Shown: positions 7,682 through 17,490, numbered from the stretch's first letter. The stretch is 64,000 nt of DNA from Clostridia bacterium (GCA_045590535.1 JAZNRE010000005.1:8485-72484), one strand, 5' to 3'. The notes: a model not told the origin generated them from the sequence alone. Translations and numbers: made by a program.

Positions 7682-8368
7682 TCATATCCGTTCTTCTTTA
7701 GCCACAACCTTGTCAGTGGCTTTCACAATGGAATTGGCAGGATAAACACCCCGCAGGGAAACGAGTGGATACACCGCTGTGTTTTTACCGATAACCGTAC
7801 CCGGATTTAAAACACAACCACATCCCACATCACCGCCGTCACCAATGATGCCGCCGATTTTACGAAGTCCCGTTTCTATCGGCACTTCCCCATGAATCAC
7901 CACTGGTTTTTTATCCGCCTTTAAATTGGAACAAACCGCACCGGCGCCCATGTGAGCACCCGTGCCCAAAACAGAGTCCCCTACATAGTTATAATGGGGC
8001 ACCTGGACACCTTTAGACAACACACAGTTTTTCAGCTCGGTTGCATTGCCGATGACACAATTGGGCCCTGTTATAACAGCACCGCGGATATAAGCCCCCG
8101 GGCGTACCTCGGTTCCCGGTCCCAAAATGGTGGGGCCTTCAATCACAGCCAAAGGGTGCACTGTTACATTTTCCCCTACCAGCACATTGTCTTTTAGCTT
8201 TGCAAATCCGGGCATGCCCTTTTGAATTAAGTCCTTAATGTAGTCCTTAATTTTAGGTAACATTTCCCATGGGTATTCACTTCCTGCAAACAAGGGGGCT
8301 AAATAATCGGTTTTGCAATCAAACAGCGTGGTTGTTTTTAAAGAATCAGTCAACGGTATGACCTCCAT
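7682..8368 (-). CDS. Stand-alone left-handed beta-helix acetyltransferase, GlmU C-terminal-domain-like
   Basis: Hexapeptide repeats run throughout. VRPGAYIRG...ELKNCVL...PHYNYVGDSVLG...GAGAVCSN parallels the GlmU acetyltransferase core (HLxYxGD). The gene overlaps the glmM-fusion stop codon. An alternative TTG start at 8353 has a better RBS. Confidence 0.7.
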   Translation of the reverse strand: MEVIPLTDSLKTTTLFDCKTDYLAPLFAGSEYPWEMLPKIKDYIKDLIQKGMPGFAKLKDNVLVGENVTVHPLAVIEGPTILGPGTEVRPGAYIRGAVITGPNCVIGNATELKNCVLSKGVQVPHYNYVGDSVLGTGAHMGAGAVCSNLKADKKPVVIHGEVPIETGLRKIGGIIGDGGDVGCGCVLNPGTVIGKNTAVYPLVSLRGVYPANSIVKATDKVVAKEERI

Positions 8369-9974
8369 TTTTTATAGCATTTACAATTTCTTCAGCATAG
8401 GCTCGGCACTGCTCTTCATTGTCACTTTCAATCATCACGCGGATAACTGGTTCGGTGCCGCTGGGACGCAAAAGCGCTCTGCCGCAACCGTTAATCTGTC
8501 TTTCTACTTTAGCCAGCGCCTCTAAAACGGCAGCATCGGCCAAAACGGCTTCTTTATCTTTCACCCGTACATTTTGCATGTATTGGGGATATAGGGTGAT
8601 GTCCTGCTTAAGCTTTGAAAGAGAAAGCTTAGAATCGCAAATTTCTTCCATGAGCATAATGGCCGTCAAAATGCCATCACCTGTTGTGGCATATTTTTTC
8701 AAAATAACATGACCGGATTGTTCTCCGCCCAAAGCATAATCATTTTCCTGCATACATTCATAAACAAATCGGTCGCCCACCGCCGTTTGCTCACAGAAAA
8801 TTCCCAAAGCCGCAAGGCTTGACAAAAGGCCGCTGTTGGTCATGACCGTGCCCACCACCTTGTTATGATTCAGCATGCCACGGCTTTTTAGTCTTTTGCC
8901 TAAAATGTAGAGCATCATGTCTCCATCCACGATGTTGCCGTTTTCATCAACAGCAATGCAACGGTCAGCGTCGCCGTCAAAGGCAAAGCCAACATCCAGA
9001 TGCTGCTCTTTCACTAATCGGCAAAGATTTTCTATGTGTGTTGAGCCACAACCTTTGTTGATGTTTAAGCCGTTTGGTTCAGCCCCAATCACCACCGTTT
9101 GTGCCCCCAGGGCATCAAACACCGATTTTGCAATCATCCAGGCGGCGCCGTTGGCACAATCAAGGCCCACCCGCATCGTTTTGTAAGAATGTGAAGCCAA
9201 CGAAATGAGATAACCCACATAGCGATTTCGACCGGAAACATAATCCACAATACAGCCGATTTTTTCCCGGTTTGCAAGAGGCAGGTCGCCACTGTCAAAG
9301 CCCAGGGCTTTCATATTGCCGTCTAAATAAGCTTCAACATAGGCCGTTGTGTCATCATCCAGTTTTTCGCCATAGCGGTTAATGATTTTAATGCCGTTGT
9401 CATAATAAGAATTGTGCGAAGCGGTTATCATAATACCACAATCAAACTCTTCCTGCCGGGTCACATAGGAAACACTGGGGGTTGTGGTTACATGTAGCAT
9501 ATAAGCATCGGCACCCGAGGCGGTAATCCCTGCTACTATGGAATATTCCAGCATATAGCTTGAGCGTCTTGTGTCTTTACCAATCACAATGCGAGGGCGA
9601 TAGCCCACCTTGGTGCAACCAGCCAGCGATGAGCCATAATACCAGCCCAAAAACCGCCCAACCTGATAGGCCTGATAAGAGGTCAGGCTCACATTTGCCT
9701 CACCGCGAAAGCCATCTGTACCAAAATATTTATTGGATGTCTCATTTGCTTTTTGTTCTTTTTGCAGGGATATCTCGTCGTGCAAAAGCTCATCCGTTGT
9801 CACATCAAATAAACTGCAAAGCTGCAGCACCTTATCAATTTGCGGCATAGCCTGATTCATTTCCCACTTTGAAACTGATTGTCTTGAAACTGACACCTTT
9901 TCTGCCAGCTGCTCTTGGGAAAGCCCCGCCAAAGTGCGCAGCTTTAAAATCTTTTCCCCGATTGTCATAACCAA
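8346..9974 (-). CDS. glmM: XRE-family HTH domain fused to phosphoglucosamine mutase
   Basis: The first ~65 aa, IGEKILKLRTLAGLSQEQLAEKVSVSRQSVSKWEMNQAMPQIDKVLQLCSLFDVTTDELL, form a Cro/C1-type HTH. The rest is GlmM-like: active-site TASHNSYYDNGIK, DGDADRCIAVD and GGEQSGH. Confidence 0.8.
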   Translation of the reverse strand: MVMTIGEKILKLRTLAGLSQEQLAEKVSVSRQSVSKWEMNQAMPQIDKVLQLCSLFDVTTDELLHDEISLQKEQKANETSNKYFGTDGFRGEANVSLTSYQAYQVGRFLGWYYGSSLAGCTKVGYRPRIVIGKDTRRSSYMLEYSIVAGITASGADAYMLHVTTTPSVSYVTRQEEFDCGIMITASHNSYYDNGIKIINRYGEKLDDDTTAYVEAYLDGNMKALGFDSGDLPLANREKIGCIVDYVSGRNRYVGYLISLASHSYKTMRVGLDCANGAAWMIAKSVFDALGAQTVVIGAEPNGLNINKGCGSTHIENLCRLVKEQHLDVGFAFDGDADRCIAVDENGNIVDGDMMLYILGKRLKSRGMLNHNKVVGTVMTNSGLLSSLAALGIFCEQTAVGDRFVYECMQENDYALGGEQSGHVILKKYATTGDGILTAIMLMEEICDSKLSLSKLKQDITLYPQYMQNVRVKDKEAVLADAAVLEALAKVERQINGCGRALLRPSGTEPVIRVMIESDNEEQCRAYAEEIVNAIKNGGHTVD

Positions 9975-10147
9975 CGCTCACTCCTTACTGGATTTACAAA
10001 TTAAAGTCATTTTTACTCTTTCTTGCACTCATGTATTACATCATATCAACTGAAACAGAGGGATGCAAGCAACTTCGGTTGGTTTTTAAAAGCAACTGCA
10101 GGTTGCATTTTTTATAAATAGAAAAGTATTTTTCTTAATTTTTAATT

Positions 10148-10176
10148 ATTGTACCATATAATTTTTGTTTTTGCAA
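10148..10176 (-). promoter_or_regulatory. Sigma-A type promoter of the HTH-glmM operon (TTGCAA-N17-TACAAT)
   Basis: The reverse complement reads TTGCAA aaacaaaaattatatgg TACAAT, leaving about 165 nt of 5' UTR before the 9974 start. Confidence 0.45.
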
Positions 10177-10184
10177 ATTACACT

Positions 10185-10198
10185 TGTCAAATTTGACA
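10185..10198. promoter_or_regulatory. Perfect 14-bp palindrome TGTCAAATTTGACA, candidate operator
   Basis: A 7+7 perfect inverted repeat lies 8 nt upstream of the -35 of the HTH-glmM promoter. Confidence 0.35.
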
Positions 10199-10224
10199 GG
10201 TTTCACCCGAAAGACTTTTTTGGC

Positions 10225-10263
10225 TAAAAAGAATTGCAGCAAAGCATAAACCCGGCTGCAATT
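10225..10263 (-). terminator. Probable terminator of the M42 peptidase operon
   Basis: AATTGCAGC-N14-GCTGCAATT hairpin. On the minus strand it is followed by CTTTTTA. Confidence 0.45.
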
Positions 10264-10295
10264 TCTCTATGGTAATTTTTTTGTTGTCGTTTTTG

Positions 10296-11285
10296 TTAAA
10301 TACCTTCTTCAATTAACGCCTTGGTTAAAGCAACCACCTGCTCTAAATCCTTACGGCACAGCATTTCGCCCGGGGTGTGCACATAGCGCAGGGGAATGGA
10401 AATGCAGCCCGAGGGAACGCCGCCCCCTGTTAAATGAATGGCACCTGCATCGGTGCCGCCTCTTTCAAGTACCTCCGCCTGCCATAAAATGTTATGCTCT
10501 TTGCACAGGTTTTGCAGGCGTTCTTTAATGATGGGATGTGCCAGCATGGAGCTGTCCATAATTTTAATAGCCGCACCACCACCTAAACGAACCGACATTT
10601 TCGGTCCGCAGGCTGCATCACCGGTTCTTGTAACATCCAGCGCCACGGCATAATCCGGCTTTACGGTTTCAGCAACGGCTTTGGCACCCCGCAAGCCCAA
10701 CTCTTCACTAACGGTGAAAACGGCATAAATATCCTGCTTATTTGTCTCGGCTTCCCGAAGCGCCTGAATCAACGCATAGCAACCGGCGCGGTTATCCAGT
10801 GCCTTTGAAATCACGGTGTCACCCTGTTCGCAATAGGCGCCAACAAAAGCAGCCCCTTCGCCCAAGGCCACACGGGCTGACGCTTCTTCTGCATCTTTAG
10901 CGCCAATATCTACATAGAGCCTAGACAGCTTTAAATCCTTAAGCAACTCTGCTTCCTGGCCGTCCGGCACCAGCACACCCTCAGCACCGTTTTCAAACCG
11001 AACACGCTGATAAAGAGCCGTGTGAGGAAAAACACCGCCCAAAGCCGAAACATAAATCTGCCCCTTTTCGCCATAACAGGTGGCAACCAGACCGATCTCA
11101 TCCATATGGGCACAGAGCATCAGCTTTGTGCCGTCACCCTTTTTATGCACAATTAAGTTGCCTAAGGCGTCTTGCCACACCTCGTCGGCACAGGACTCAA
11201 TTTCCTTTTTTATCAAGGATGCTAAATTCCCTTCACAGCCGGAAGGGGCATTGGCATCACAAAGTGTTTTGAGCAAAGTCAACAT
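10296..11285 (-). CDS. M42 family metallopeptidase (TET/FrvX/YsdC-like aminopeptidase), paralog 3
   Basis: CAHMDEIGL, ALDNRAG, VSEELGLRGA and RYVHTP motifs. Confidence 0.85.
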   Translation of the reverse strand: MLTLLKTLCDANAPSGCEGNLASLIKKEIESCADEVWQDALGNLIVHKKGDGTKLMLCAHMDEIGLVATCYGEKGQIYVSALGGVFPHTALYQRVRFENGAEGVLVPDGQEAELLKDLKLSRLYVDIGAKDAEEASARVALGEGAAFVGAYCEQGDTVISKALDNRAGCYALIQALREAETNKQDIYAVFTVSEELGLRGAKAVAETVKPDYAVALDVTRTGDAACGPKMSVRLGGGAAIKIMDSSMLAHPIIKERLQNLCKEHNILWQAEVLERGGTDAGAIHLTGGGVPSGCISIPLRYVHTPGEMLCRKDLEQVVALTKALIEEGI

Positions 11286-12294
11286 GTTGAACCTCCTGAA
11301 TCCATAATCGGGTTAAATCTTTCGCCGCCTGATAATCTTTAAGAGAAATGACATTCACCGGCGAATGTATATACCGTGCCGGCACGGAAATCGCCGCTGT
11401 TACAATACCGCCGGCTGAAACATGAATAATGCCGGCATCATTGCCGCCGGTGGCTGTTTGTTTAAACTGCACAGGGATGCCGTTCTTTTCACCCATCTGA
11501 TATAACTTTTGCGCCACTTTTCGATTATAGCTGGTGGCGCCATCTATCAAGGAAATAGCTGCACCCTTACCTAAACGGGTGGATACGGCTCTTTCTTCTG
11601 TTTCTGGCAAATCTGAACAGGTTGTTCCCTCTATCACCAACGCCATGTCGGGCTTTACACGCCGTGCACACAGCCGCGCACCACGAAGACCCACCTCTTC
11701 CTGCACCGTAAAGGCAAAGCAAACATCCCACGGGCAAGGCTCCTGCGCTAATTCCAGCAAAATGGCACAACCAAGGCGGTCATCCAAGGCCTTGGCCTTG
11801 ATTAAACCATCGCCAAAAGGCACAAAAGCACTATCGAATGTGATATAGTCTCCGACAGATACCTTGCTTTCTGCATCGGCTTTGTCCTTTGCACCAATGT
11901 CTACATAAAGTTCTTTTACCTTGGGTGCTTTTTTGCGTTCATCAGGGGTGAGCAGGTGAATGGCCTTTCGGCCAATCACGCCGGAAAGACCCGCAGAGCC
12001 TACCAACACCCGCTTGGATATTAACACCCGGGGGTCAATACCCCCTACGGTTTTAAACTTTAAAAATCCCTCTTCGGTAATGCGGCTGACAATGAGACCC
12101 ACCTCATCCATGTGGGCACAAAGCATAAGAGTTTTGCCACAATTTTCTGTGCCTTTTCGAAAGGCCATGAGATTGCCCATTGAATCAATTTCAATCCGGT
12201 CACAAAAGGGAGTTATTTTTTCTTTAATATAAGAGCGCACGGCGTTTTCGTTACCCGATACGCCGGCAAGATTGGTTAATTCTGAAAGGTACAT
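11257..12294 (-). CDS. M42 family metallopeptidase, paralog 2
   Basis: CAHMDEVGL, ALDDRLG, VQEEVGLRGA and RYIHSP. It overlaps paralog 3 by 29 nt. Confidence 0.85.
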   Translation of the reverse strand: MYLSELTNLAGVSGNENAVRSYIKEKITPFCDRIEIDSMGNLMAFRKGTENCGKTLMLCAHMDEVGLIVSRITEEGFLKFKTVGGIDPRVLISKRVLVGSAGLSGVIGRKAIHLLTPDERKKAPKVKELYVDIGAKDKADAESKVSVGDYITFDSAFVPFGDGLIKAKALDDRLGCAILLELAQEPCPWDVCFAFTVQEEVGLRGARLCARRVKPDMALVIEGTTCSDLPETEERAVSTRLGKGAAISLIDGATSYNRKVAQKLYQMGEKNGIPVQFKQTATGGNDAGIIHVSAGGIVTAAISVPARYIHSPVNVISLKDYQAAKDLTRLWIQEVQHVDFAQNTL

Positions 12295-13319
12295 GCAAGC
12301 ACCTCCAAATCCAAATTTTGCAAAAGGGCTGCCAGCAAATCACCCACCGCCTGCACATCATCAAAATGCAGGGTTTCCACCGTGGTGTGCATATACCTTA
12401 AGGGAATGGATAAAAGCAACACAGGAATGCCCCCATTGGCAACCTGAACAGCCCAGGCATCGGTGCCTGTGTCACCGCCGTCAGCATCGAAGCTAGCGGC
12501 AATATCTTCTTTTTCAGCCACCTCTTTGGCTAGCGACGATAAATAAGGATGAATGTTGGGGCCAAAGCTGACAACGGCACCGCTACCCAGCTTAAAGATG
12601 CTTTCTGAACCCCCATCCGGCGTATCACCGTGGCAAACATCCACCACAAAGGCACAATCGGGCGCCAGTCTTTCGCTAACCATGGCAGCGCCACGCAAAC
12701 CAACCTCTTCTTGCACAGCCGCCACCACATAAATTGTGAACGGCAAGTCCTTGCCCTTTAAAGCCTCTAAACACAAAATTAGTGAAATGAGTCCGGCCCG
12801 GTCATCAAAGCTTTTGCCCGACAAAATATCATTATAAAGCTCGGCCGGTTCTTCGGCAAAGCAGACCATATCGCCCACCGAAACCTTCTGCCGAACCATT
12901 TCGCCGGAAAGACCCAAATCAATAAACATGTCTTTAATTTCTGTGGCTTTATCCTGTCCGCCGCTTTGCAAATGAGGAGGCTTGGCACCAATAACGCCAT
13001 ACAAAATCTCTTTGCCCCAAACCCGCACCTCGGCACCGGGCAAAATGGCACAATCCACACCGCCCACGGGCACAAAGGATAAAAATCCGTCTTCGCTGAT
13101 GCCGGATACCATAAGGCCAATGCCGTCTATGTGCGCTTCCAGCATAACGGATTTTGCATCGGGGTTTTTGGCCGGAATCACGCCCACCACATTCCCCATG
13201 GGGTCTCTTTCCACAGAGGCACAATAAGGCGCAAGCAAATTGCTCACCGCCTCTGTAAGCGAAAATTCAAAGCCGGATATGCCGTCTTTGGCTGCTAACT
13301 GTAACAATGCGTTTTTCAT
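12276..13319 (-). CDS. M42 family metallopeptidase, paralog 1
   Basis: EAHIDGIGL, FDDRAG, VQEEVGLRGA and RYMHT. It overlaps paralog 2 by 19 nt and the murD stop by 4 nt. Confidence 0.85.
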   Translation of the reverse strand: MKNALLQLAAKDGISGFEFSLTEAVSNLLAPYCASVERDPMGNVVGVIPAKNPDAKSVMLEAHIDGIGLMVSGISEDGFLSFVPVGGVDCAILPGAEVRVWGKEILYGVIGAKPPHLQSGGQDKATEIKDMFIDLGLSGEMVRQKVSVGDMVCFAEEPAELYNDILSGKSFDDRAGLISLILCLEALKGKDLPFTIYVVAAVQEEVGLRGAAMVSERLAPDCAFVVDVCHGDTPDGGSESIFKLGSGAVVSFGPNIHPYLSSLAKEVAEKEDIAASFDADGGDTGTDAWAVQVANGGIPVLLLSIPLRYMHTTVETLHFDDVQAVGDLLAALLQNLDLEVLACTFQN

Positions 13320-14719
13320 AAACGATTCACCAGTTCCTTAAATAAATTACCGCGTTCTTCAAAGTTTTTAAACAAGTCAAAACTTGTGCTTGCATTGGAA
13401 AGCAACACAACATCACCGCAGCTTGCCGCTTCTTTCGCTTTTAAAACCGCATCTTCATAGCTTTCGGCAAACACAATGGGCACCTCCGGCGCCGCCTTTT
13501 TGCTCACCTGGGCAATGGTGTTTGCTGTGGCACCAATTAAAACCAGGCACTTAACATGCTCACAAATGGCAGGACCCAGGTCATCATAAGGAATACCCTT
13601 ATCCTTACCCCCCGCAATCAACACAACCGGTGCGGAAAAGACCGACAAGGTGTTTATGGTGCGGTTAGGAGAAGAATCAATGGAGCTGTTATAATAACGA
13701 ACGCCCTCAAGTTCCCGCACAAACTCAATGCGATGAGCCACGCCGCCAAACTCGGCTGCGCAGGTTTGAATGTGTCCAGCGCTTACCGCCGGATACACAG
13801 CGCCAATAGCCGCCATATAGTTTTCTATGTTATGATTGCCGGGGATTTTGATGGTGCGCACATCCAAAATGGGTGCTCCTTGATAAACAATCTCTGTACC
13901 CTTAAGGCAAATGTCGGCATCTTGCTGTCTTGAAAAGGTGAGCACCTTGCCTTTTGCTTCTTTAATCATACCCCAGGTGACCTTATTGTCTAAATTTAGT
14001 ATTGCCAAATTATCCCCGGTTTGATACTGCAAAATGTTTTGTTTTGCAGCGATGTATTCTTCATAGTCCTTGTGATAGTCCAAATGGTTGGGGGTTATGT
14101 TGGTAATAACCGCTGTTTGCGGGCTATGTGTCATGGTTTGCAACTGAAAGCTGGATAATTCAAGCACCACTCTGTCAGTTTCGGCAATGGAATCAATCAC
14201 TGGGAGCAAGGGGGCACCAATGTTACCACCCACATGGGTTTTAAAACCCGCTGCCGATAAAAGCTTGTAAATAAGCGTAGTGGTTGTGGTTTTGCCGTCA
14301 CTGCCTGTCACCGCCGTAACAGGTGCCGGACACAAATCCATAAACACTTCCATTTCGGATGTGACCAAAACGCCTTGCTTCATAGCATCCAAAAGCGCCG
14401 GCACATCCGGACGCAGACCGGGAGTTTTAAAAATAACATCCCTCGACAAATGGGAAAGATACCCTTCACCCAGTTCCAGCTTAACGCCCAGTTGGCGCAG
14501 CTTATGGGCTGTTTCGCCCAATTCGCTTTCGGTCCGTTTGTCGCAAGCTGTCACAACAGCGCCCAGCTTCACCAAATATTCAATTAAGGGCAAGTGGCTA
14601 ATGCCAATGCCCACAACGCAAACATGCTTATGATGCAAACTTTGTTTCCAAGCCTCCAGCTTTGTGTTCACACAAATCCTTCTTTCTGCACGAGGTTTTA
14701 AAGTCATAAAAAGACCCAT
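13316..14719 (-). CDS. murD: UDP-N-acetylmuramoyl-L-alanine--D-glutamate ligase
   Basis: VCVVGIGISH (Rossmann N-domain), VTGSDGKTTTTTL (P-loop), NITPNHLDYH, and the C-terminal GGKDKG motif. The start is uncertain: 14719 or the ATG at 14707. Confidence 0.85.
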   Translation of the reverse strand: MGLFMTLKPRAERRICVNTKLEAWKQSLHHKHVCVVGIGISHLPLIEYLVKLGAVVTACDKRTESELGETAHKLRQLGVKLELGEGYLSHLSRDVIFKTPGLRPDVPALLDAMKQGVLVTSEMEVFMDLCPAPVTAVTGSDGKTTTTTLIYKLLSAAGFKTHVGGNIGAPLLPVIDSIAETDRVVLELSSFQLQTMTHSPQTAVITNITPNHLDYHKDYEEYIAAKQNILQYQTGDNLAILNLDNKVTWGMIKEAKGKVLTFSRQQDADICLKGTEIVYQGAPILDVRTIKIPGNHNIENYMAAIGAVYPAVSAGHIQTCAAEFGGVAHRIEFVRELEGVRYYNSSIDSSPNRTINTLSVFSAPVVLIAGGKDKGIPYDDLGPAICEHVKCLVLIGATANTIAQVSKKAAPEVPIVFAESYEDAVLKAKEAASCGDVVLLSNASTSFDLFKNFEERGNLFKELVNRL

Positions 14720-14888
14720 CTACACTCTTTATGTAATACCATTATTATACAACATTTTATGACTAAAGTAAAGATAATTATACGCAGCATATAGAAATGA
14801 TTGTCATCTTGTTTTGCCAAAAAAATGTTGAAAAAAAGGGAAATTTGCGATACAATAAAAAGTGATAAAACATAAGGAGTTATCTAAA

Positions 14889-16391
14889 ATGAAAAAAATA
14901 TATATTAGCCTTTGCTTGCTTTTTTTCCTGTGCATCCCTGTAGATGCGCAGGAAACATATTCTATGGCATATTCTTTTAATGATGGCACAGCTCGGGTGG
15001 TCACAGACTTAAAATGGGGCCTTGTTGACCAGAACTTAAAAACGGTTTTAGCACCCAAATGGGACTTTTTGGGCGAGGTTTCAGAAGGTCTTCGCACTAT
15101 GCGCCAAGGCACACTCTTTGGCTTTACTGATGAAAAGGGAAAGCCGGTCATCTCCCCCACTTTTGCTCATGCCGAGCCGTTTTCCCAGGGGCTTGCAGCC
15201 GTGAAAAACGAAGAGGGGCTTTGGGGCTATGTGAACACCAGCGGCAAAGTCGTTATTCCCTTTTCCTTTGAAGATGCCCACTCTTTTTCAGATGGATTGG
15301 CCCTTGTTAAGCAAGAAGGGACCTACGGATACATAAACAAAGAGGGGGACATGGCCATTGTTCCCACCTACGAAGAAGCCTATTCCTTCAGCGAAGGACT
15401 TGCCTGTGTGCGGCAAGGAGATGCTTACGGTTATATTAACACCGAAGGAGCGCTTGTGATTGCACCAAAGTTTGAGTTGGCCTTTGATTTTACAGAAGGT
15501 GCTGCCGTGGTGAAATCCGGTCAGTACGGTGTTATTGATACCACCGGCGCATTGATAGTAAAACCCACTTGGTCACAACTTAATCCCAACATAACAAATG
15601 GTTTGATCAAAGCCATGAAAAACGGAAAATGGGGCATTATTGACACCCTGGGCAAAGCAAGAACTTCCTTTGTTTACAATTATATTGGCGACTTTTCCGA
15701 GGGACTCTGCCCTGTGGCAACCGATGAAGGCTGGGGCTATTTGGATGCCTCCTTTTCACTTGTCCTGCCTGCCGTTTGGGAGCAAGCCACTTCTTTTTCA
15801 GAGGGATTTGCCGCAGTTTTAAAAGACGGACTTTGGGGCTATATTGACAAAAACGGCAACCCAAAAACCGATTTCTCTTATGCCTCTTGCGGTCAGGTTG
15901 TGGGCGGTTTGGCCCCTGCGAGCGACGCCAGCGGAAATTATCAATTTGTAGCAACAAAAGACTTCAGCGTTTCAAAAGAGGAACCCATAGAACCGGTTGA
16001 ACCAGCTACCCCTGGCACCTTGCTTTTGCAAATCGGGAACAAGGTTATGAAAAACGGTGAAGACAAAATCCCGTTGGATGTCGCACCCGCCATTTATGAT
16101 GGTCACACTCTTCTCCCCATTCGTGCCGTTGTAGAAGCCATTGACGGTACGGTGCAATGGGATGAGGCAGAAAAGAAGGTAACCCTGCAACGAGGCGGGC
16201 ACATGGTCATTTTACATATCGACGAAACCGCCGCCTTTGTTGACGGCCGAATCACCATTCTCCCCATTGCGCCAATGATTCGCGATGGGCGCACTCTCAT
16301 TCCCCTGCGTTTTGCCACCGAATCTTTAGATTGTAATGTGGATTGGAAGCCGGAAACACAAGAAATTTATATCCAATATGAAATGCCGTGA
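14889..16391 (+). CDS. Secreted WG-repeat (KWG-type) protein with two C-terminal CuAO-N-like stalk domains
   Basis: Signal peptide MKKIYISLCLLFFLCIPVDA. About 10 repeats of F.EGLA.V...G.WGYI(D/N)..G are followed by LLPIRAVVEAIDGTVQWD and LIPLRFATESLDCNVDW. The start was set at the ATG 10 nt after AAGGAG. Confidence 0.7.
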   Translation: MKKIYISLCLLFFLCIPVDAQETYSMAYSFNDGTARVVTDLKWGLVDQNLKTVLAPKWDFLGEVSEGLRTMRQGTLFGFTDEKGKPVISPTFAHAEPFSQGLAAVKNEEGLWGYVNTSGKVVIPFSFEDAHSFSDGLALVKQEGTYGYINKEGDMAIVPTYEEAYSFSEGLACVRQGDAYGYINTEGALVIAPKFELAFDFTEGAAVVKSGQYGVIDTTGALIVKPTWSQLNPNITNGLIKAMKNGKWGIIDTLGKARTSFVYNYIGDFSEGLCPVATDEGWGYLDASFSLVLPAVWEQATSFSEGFAAVLKDGLWGYIDKNGNPKTDFSYASCGQVVGGLAPASDASGNYQFVATKDFSVSKEEPIEPVEPATPGTLLLQIGNKVMKNGEDKIPLDVAPAIYDGHTLLPIRAVVEAIDGTVQWDEAEKKVTLQRGGHMVILHIDETAAFVDGRITILPIAPMIRDGRTLIPLRFATESLDCNVDWKPETQEIYIQYEMP

Positions 16392-16396
16392 AATCC

Positions 16397-16425
16397 TTGA
16401 CAAATAAAGGAAAAACCATTATACT
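16397..16425 (+). promoter_or_regulatory. Sigma-A type promoter of galE (TTGACA-N17-TATACT)
   Basis: TTGACA aataaaggaaaaaccat TATACT, 38 nt upstream of the start codon. Confidence 0.6.
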
Positions 16426-16463
16426 AATAGGTAAGAAAATATCACCTTTAGGAGTTGAAAATT

Positions 16464-17471
16464 ATGTCAATTTTAGTCACCGGCGGCGCCGGTTTTATTG
16501 GTTCACACACTTGTGTTGAGCTTTTGGAAAACGGGTATGACATTGTTGTTTTAGACAACTTTCTTAATTCAAAGCCCGAATCTTTAAAACGCGTTAAACA
16601 GATTACAGGTAAAGATTTTAAGTTCTATGAAACAGACCTGTTAGACCGTGAGGGTTTAGAAACCATTTTTAGCGAAAACAAAATTGATGCCGTTATCCAT
16701 TTTGCCGGCCTTAAAGCTGTTGGCGAATCGGTACAAAAGCCCCTGTGGTATTATCACAATAACTTAACAGGCACCTTCCTTTTGTGTGAAACCATGGCAA
16801 AATATAATGTTAAGAAGCTGGTTTTCTCATCCTCGGCTACCGTTTATGGCAATCCTGCTTCTGTTCCCATTCGTGAGGACTTCCCCCTTTCAACCACCAA
16901 TCCCTATGGCAGCACAAAGCTGATGATTGAAAACATTCTGCGTGACTTGTGTGTGCCCGACAAAGATTGGAGCATTGCGCTTCTTCGTTATTTTAATCCC
17001 ATTGGCGCTCACGAATCCGGTTTGATTGGCGAAGACCCCAACGGCATCCCCAACAACCTGATGCCTTATGTGGCCCAGGTTGCAGCCGGCAAGCTTGAAA
17101 TTCTCAGCGTATTTGGTGACGACTATGACACAAAAGACGGCACCGGCGTTCGCGATTACATTCATGTGGTTGACCTGGCGCGTGGTCATATTAAAGCCGT
17201 TGAAAGAGTTATGGCCACAAAGGGCATCGATGCCTATAACCTGGGAACAGGCCATGGCTACAGCGTGCTTGAAATGGTAAATGCTTTCTCAAGTGTTAAT
17301 GGTGTTAATGTGCCTTATAAAATTGCACCTCGTCGTTCCGGCGACATTGCTGAATGCTATGCTGACCCCAAAAAAGCCAAAGAGCTTCTTGGTTGGGAAG
17401 CCCAGTTTGGTCTTGAAAAAATGTGCAAAGACGCCTGGAACTTCATGGTGAAAAACCCCAACGGACTATAA
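16464..17471 (+). CDS. galE: UDP-glucose 4-epimerase
   Basis: [21 protein letters not shown] and YGSTK (catalytic YxxxK), with full-length similarity to GalE. The ATG lies 9 nt after AGGAG. Confidence 0.9.
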   Translation: MSILVTGGAGFIGSHTCVELLENGYDIVVLDNFLNSKPESLKRVKQITGKDFKFYETDLLDREGLETIFSENKIDAVIHFAGLKAVGESVQKPLWYYHNNLTGTFLLCETMAKYNVKKLVFSSSATVYGNPASVPIREDFPLSTTNPYGSTKLMIENILRDLCVPDKDWSIALLRYFNPIGAHESGLIGEDPNGIPNNLMPYVAQVAAGKLEILSVFGDDYDTKDGTGVRDYIHVVDLARGHIKAVERVMATKGIDAYNLGTGHGYSVLEMVNAFSSVNGVNVPYKIAPRRSGDIAECYADPKKAKELLGWEAQFGLEKMCKDAWNFMVKNPNGL

Positions 17472-17490
17472 AATATGACATAAAAAATAT

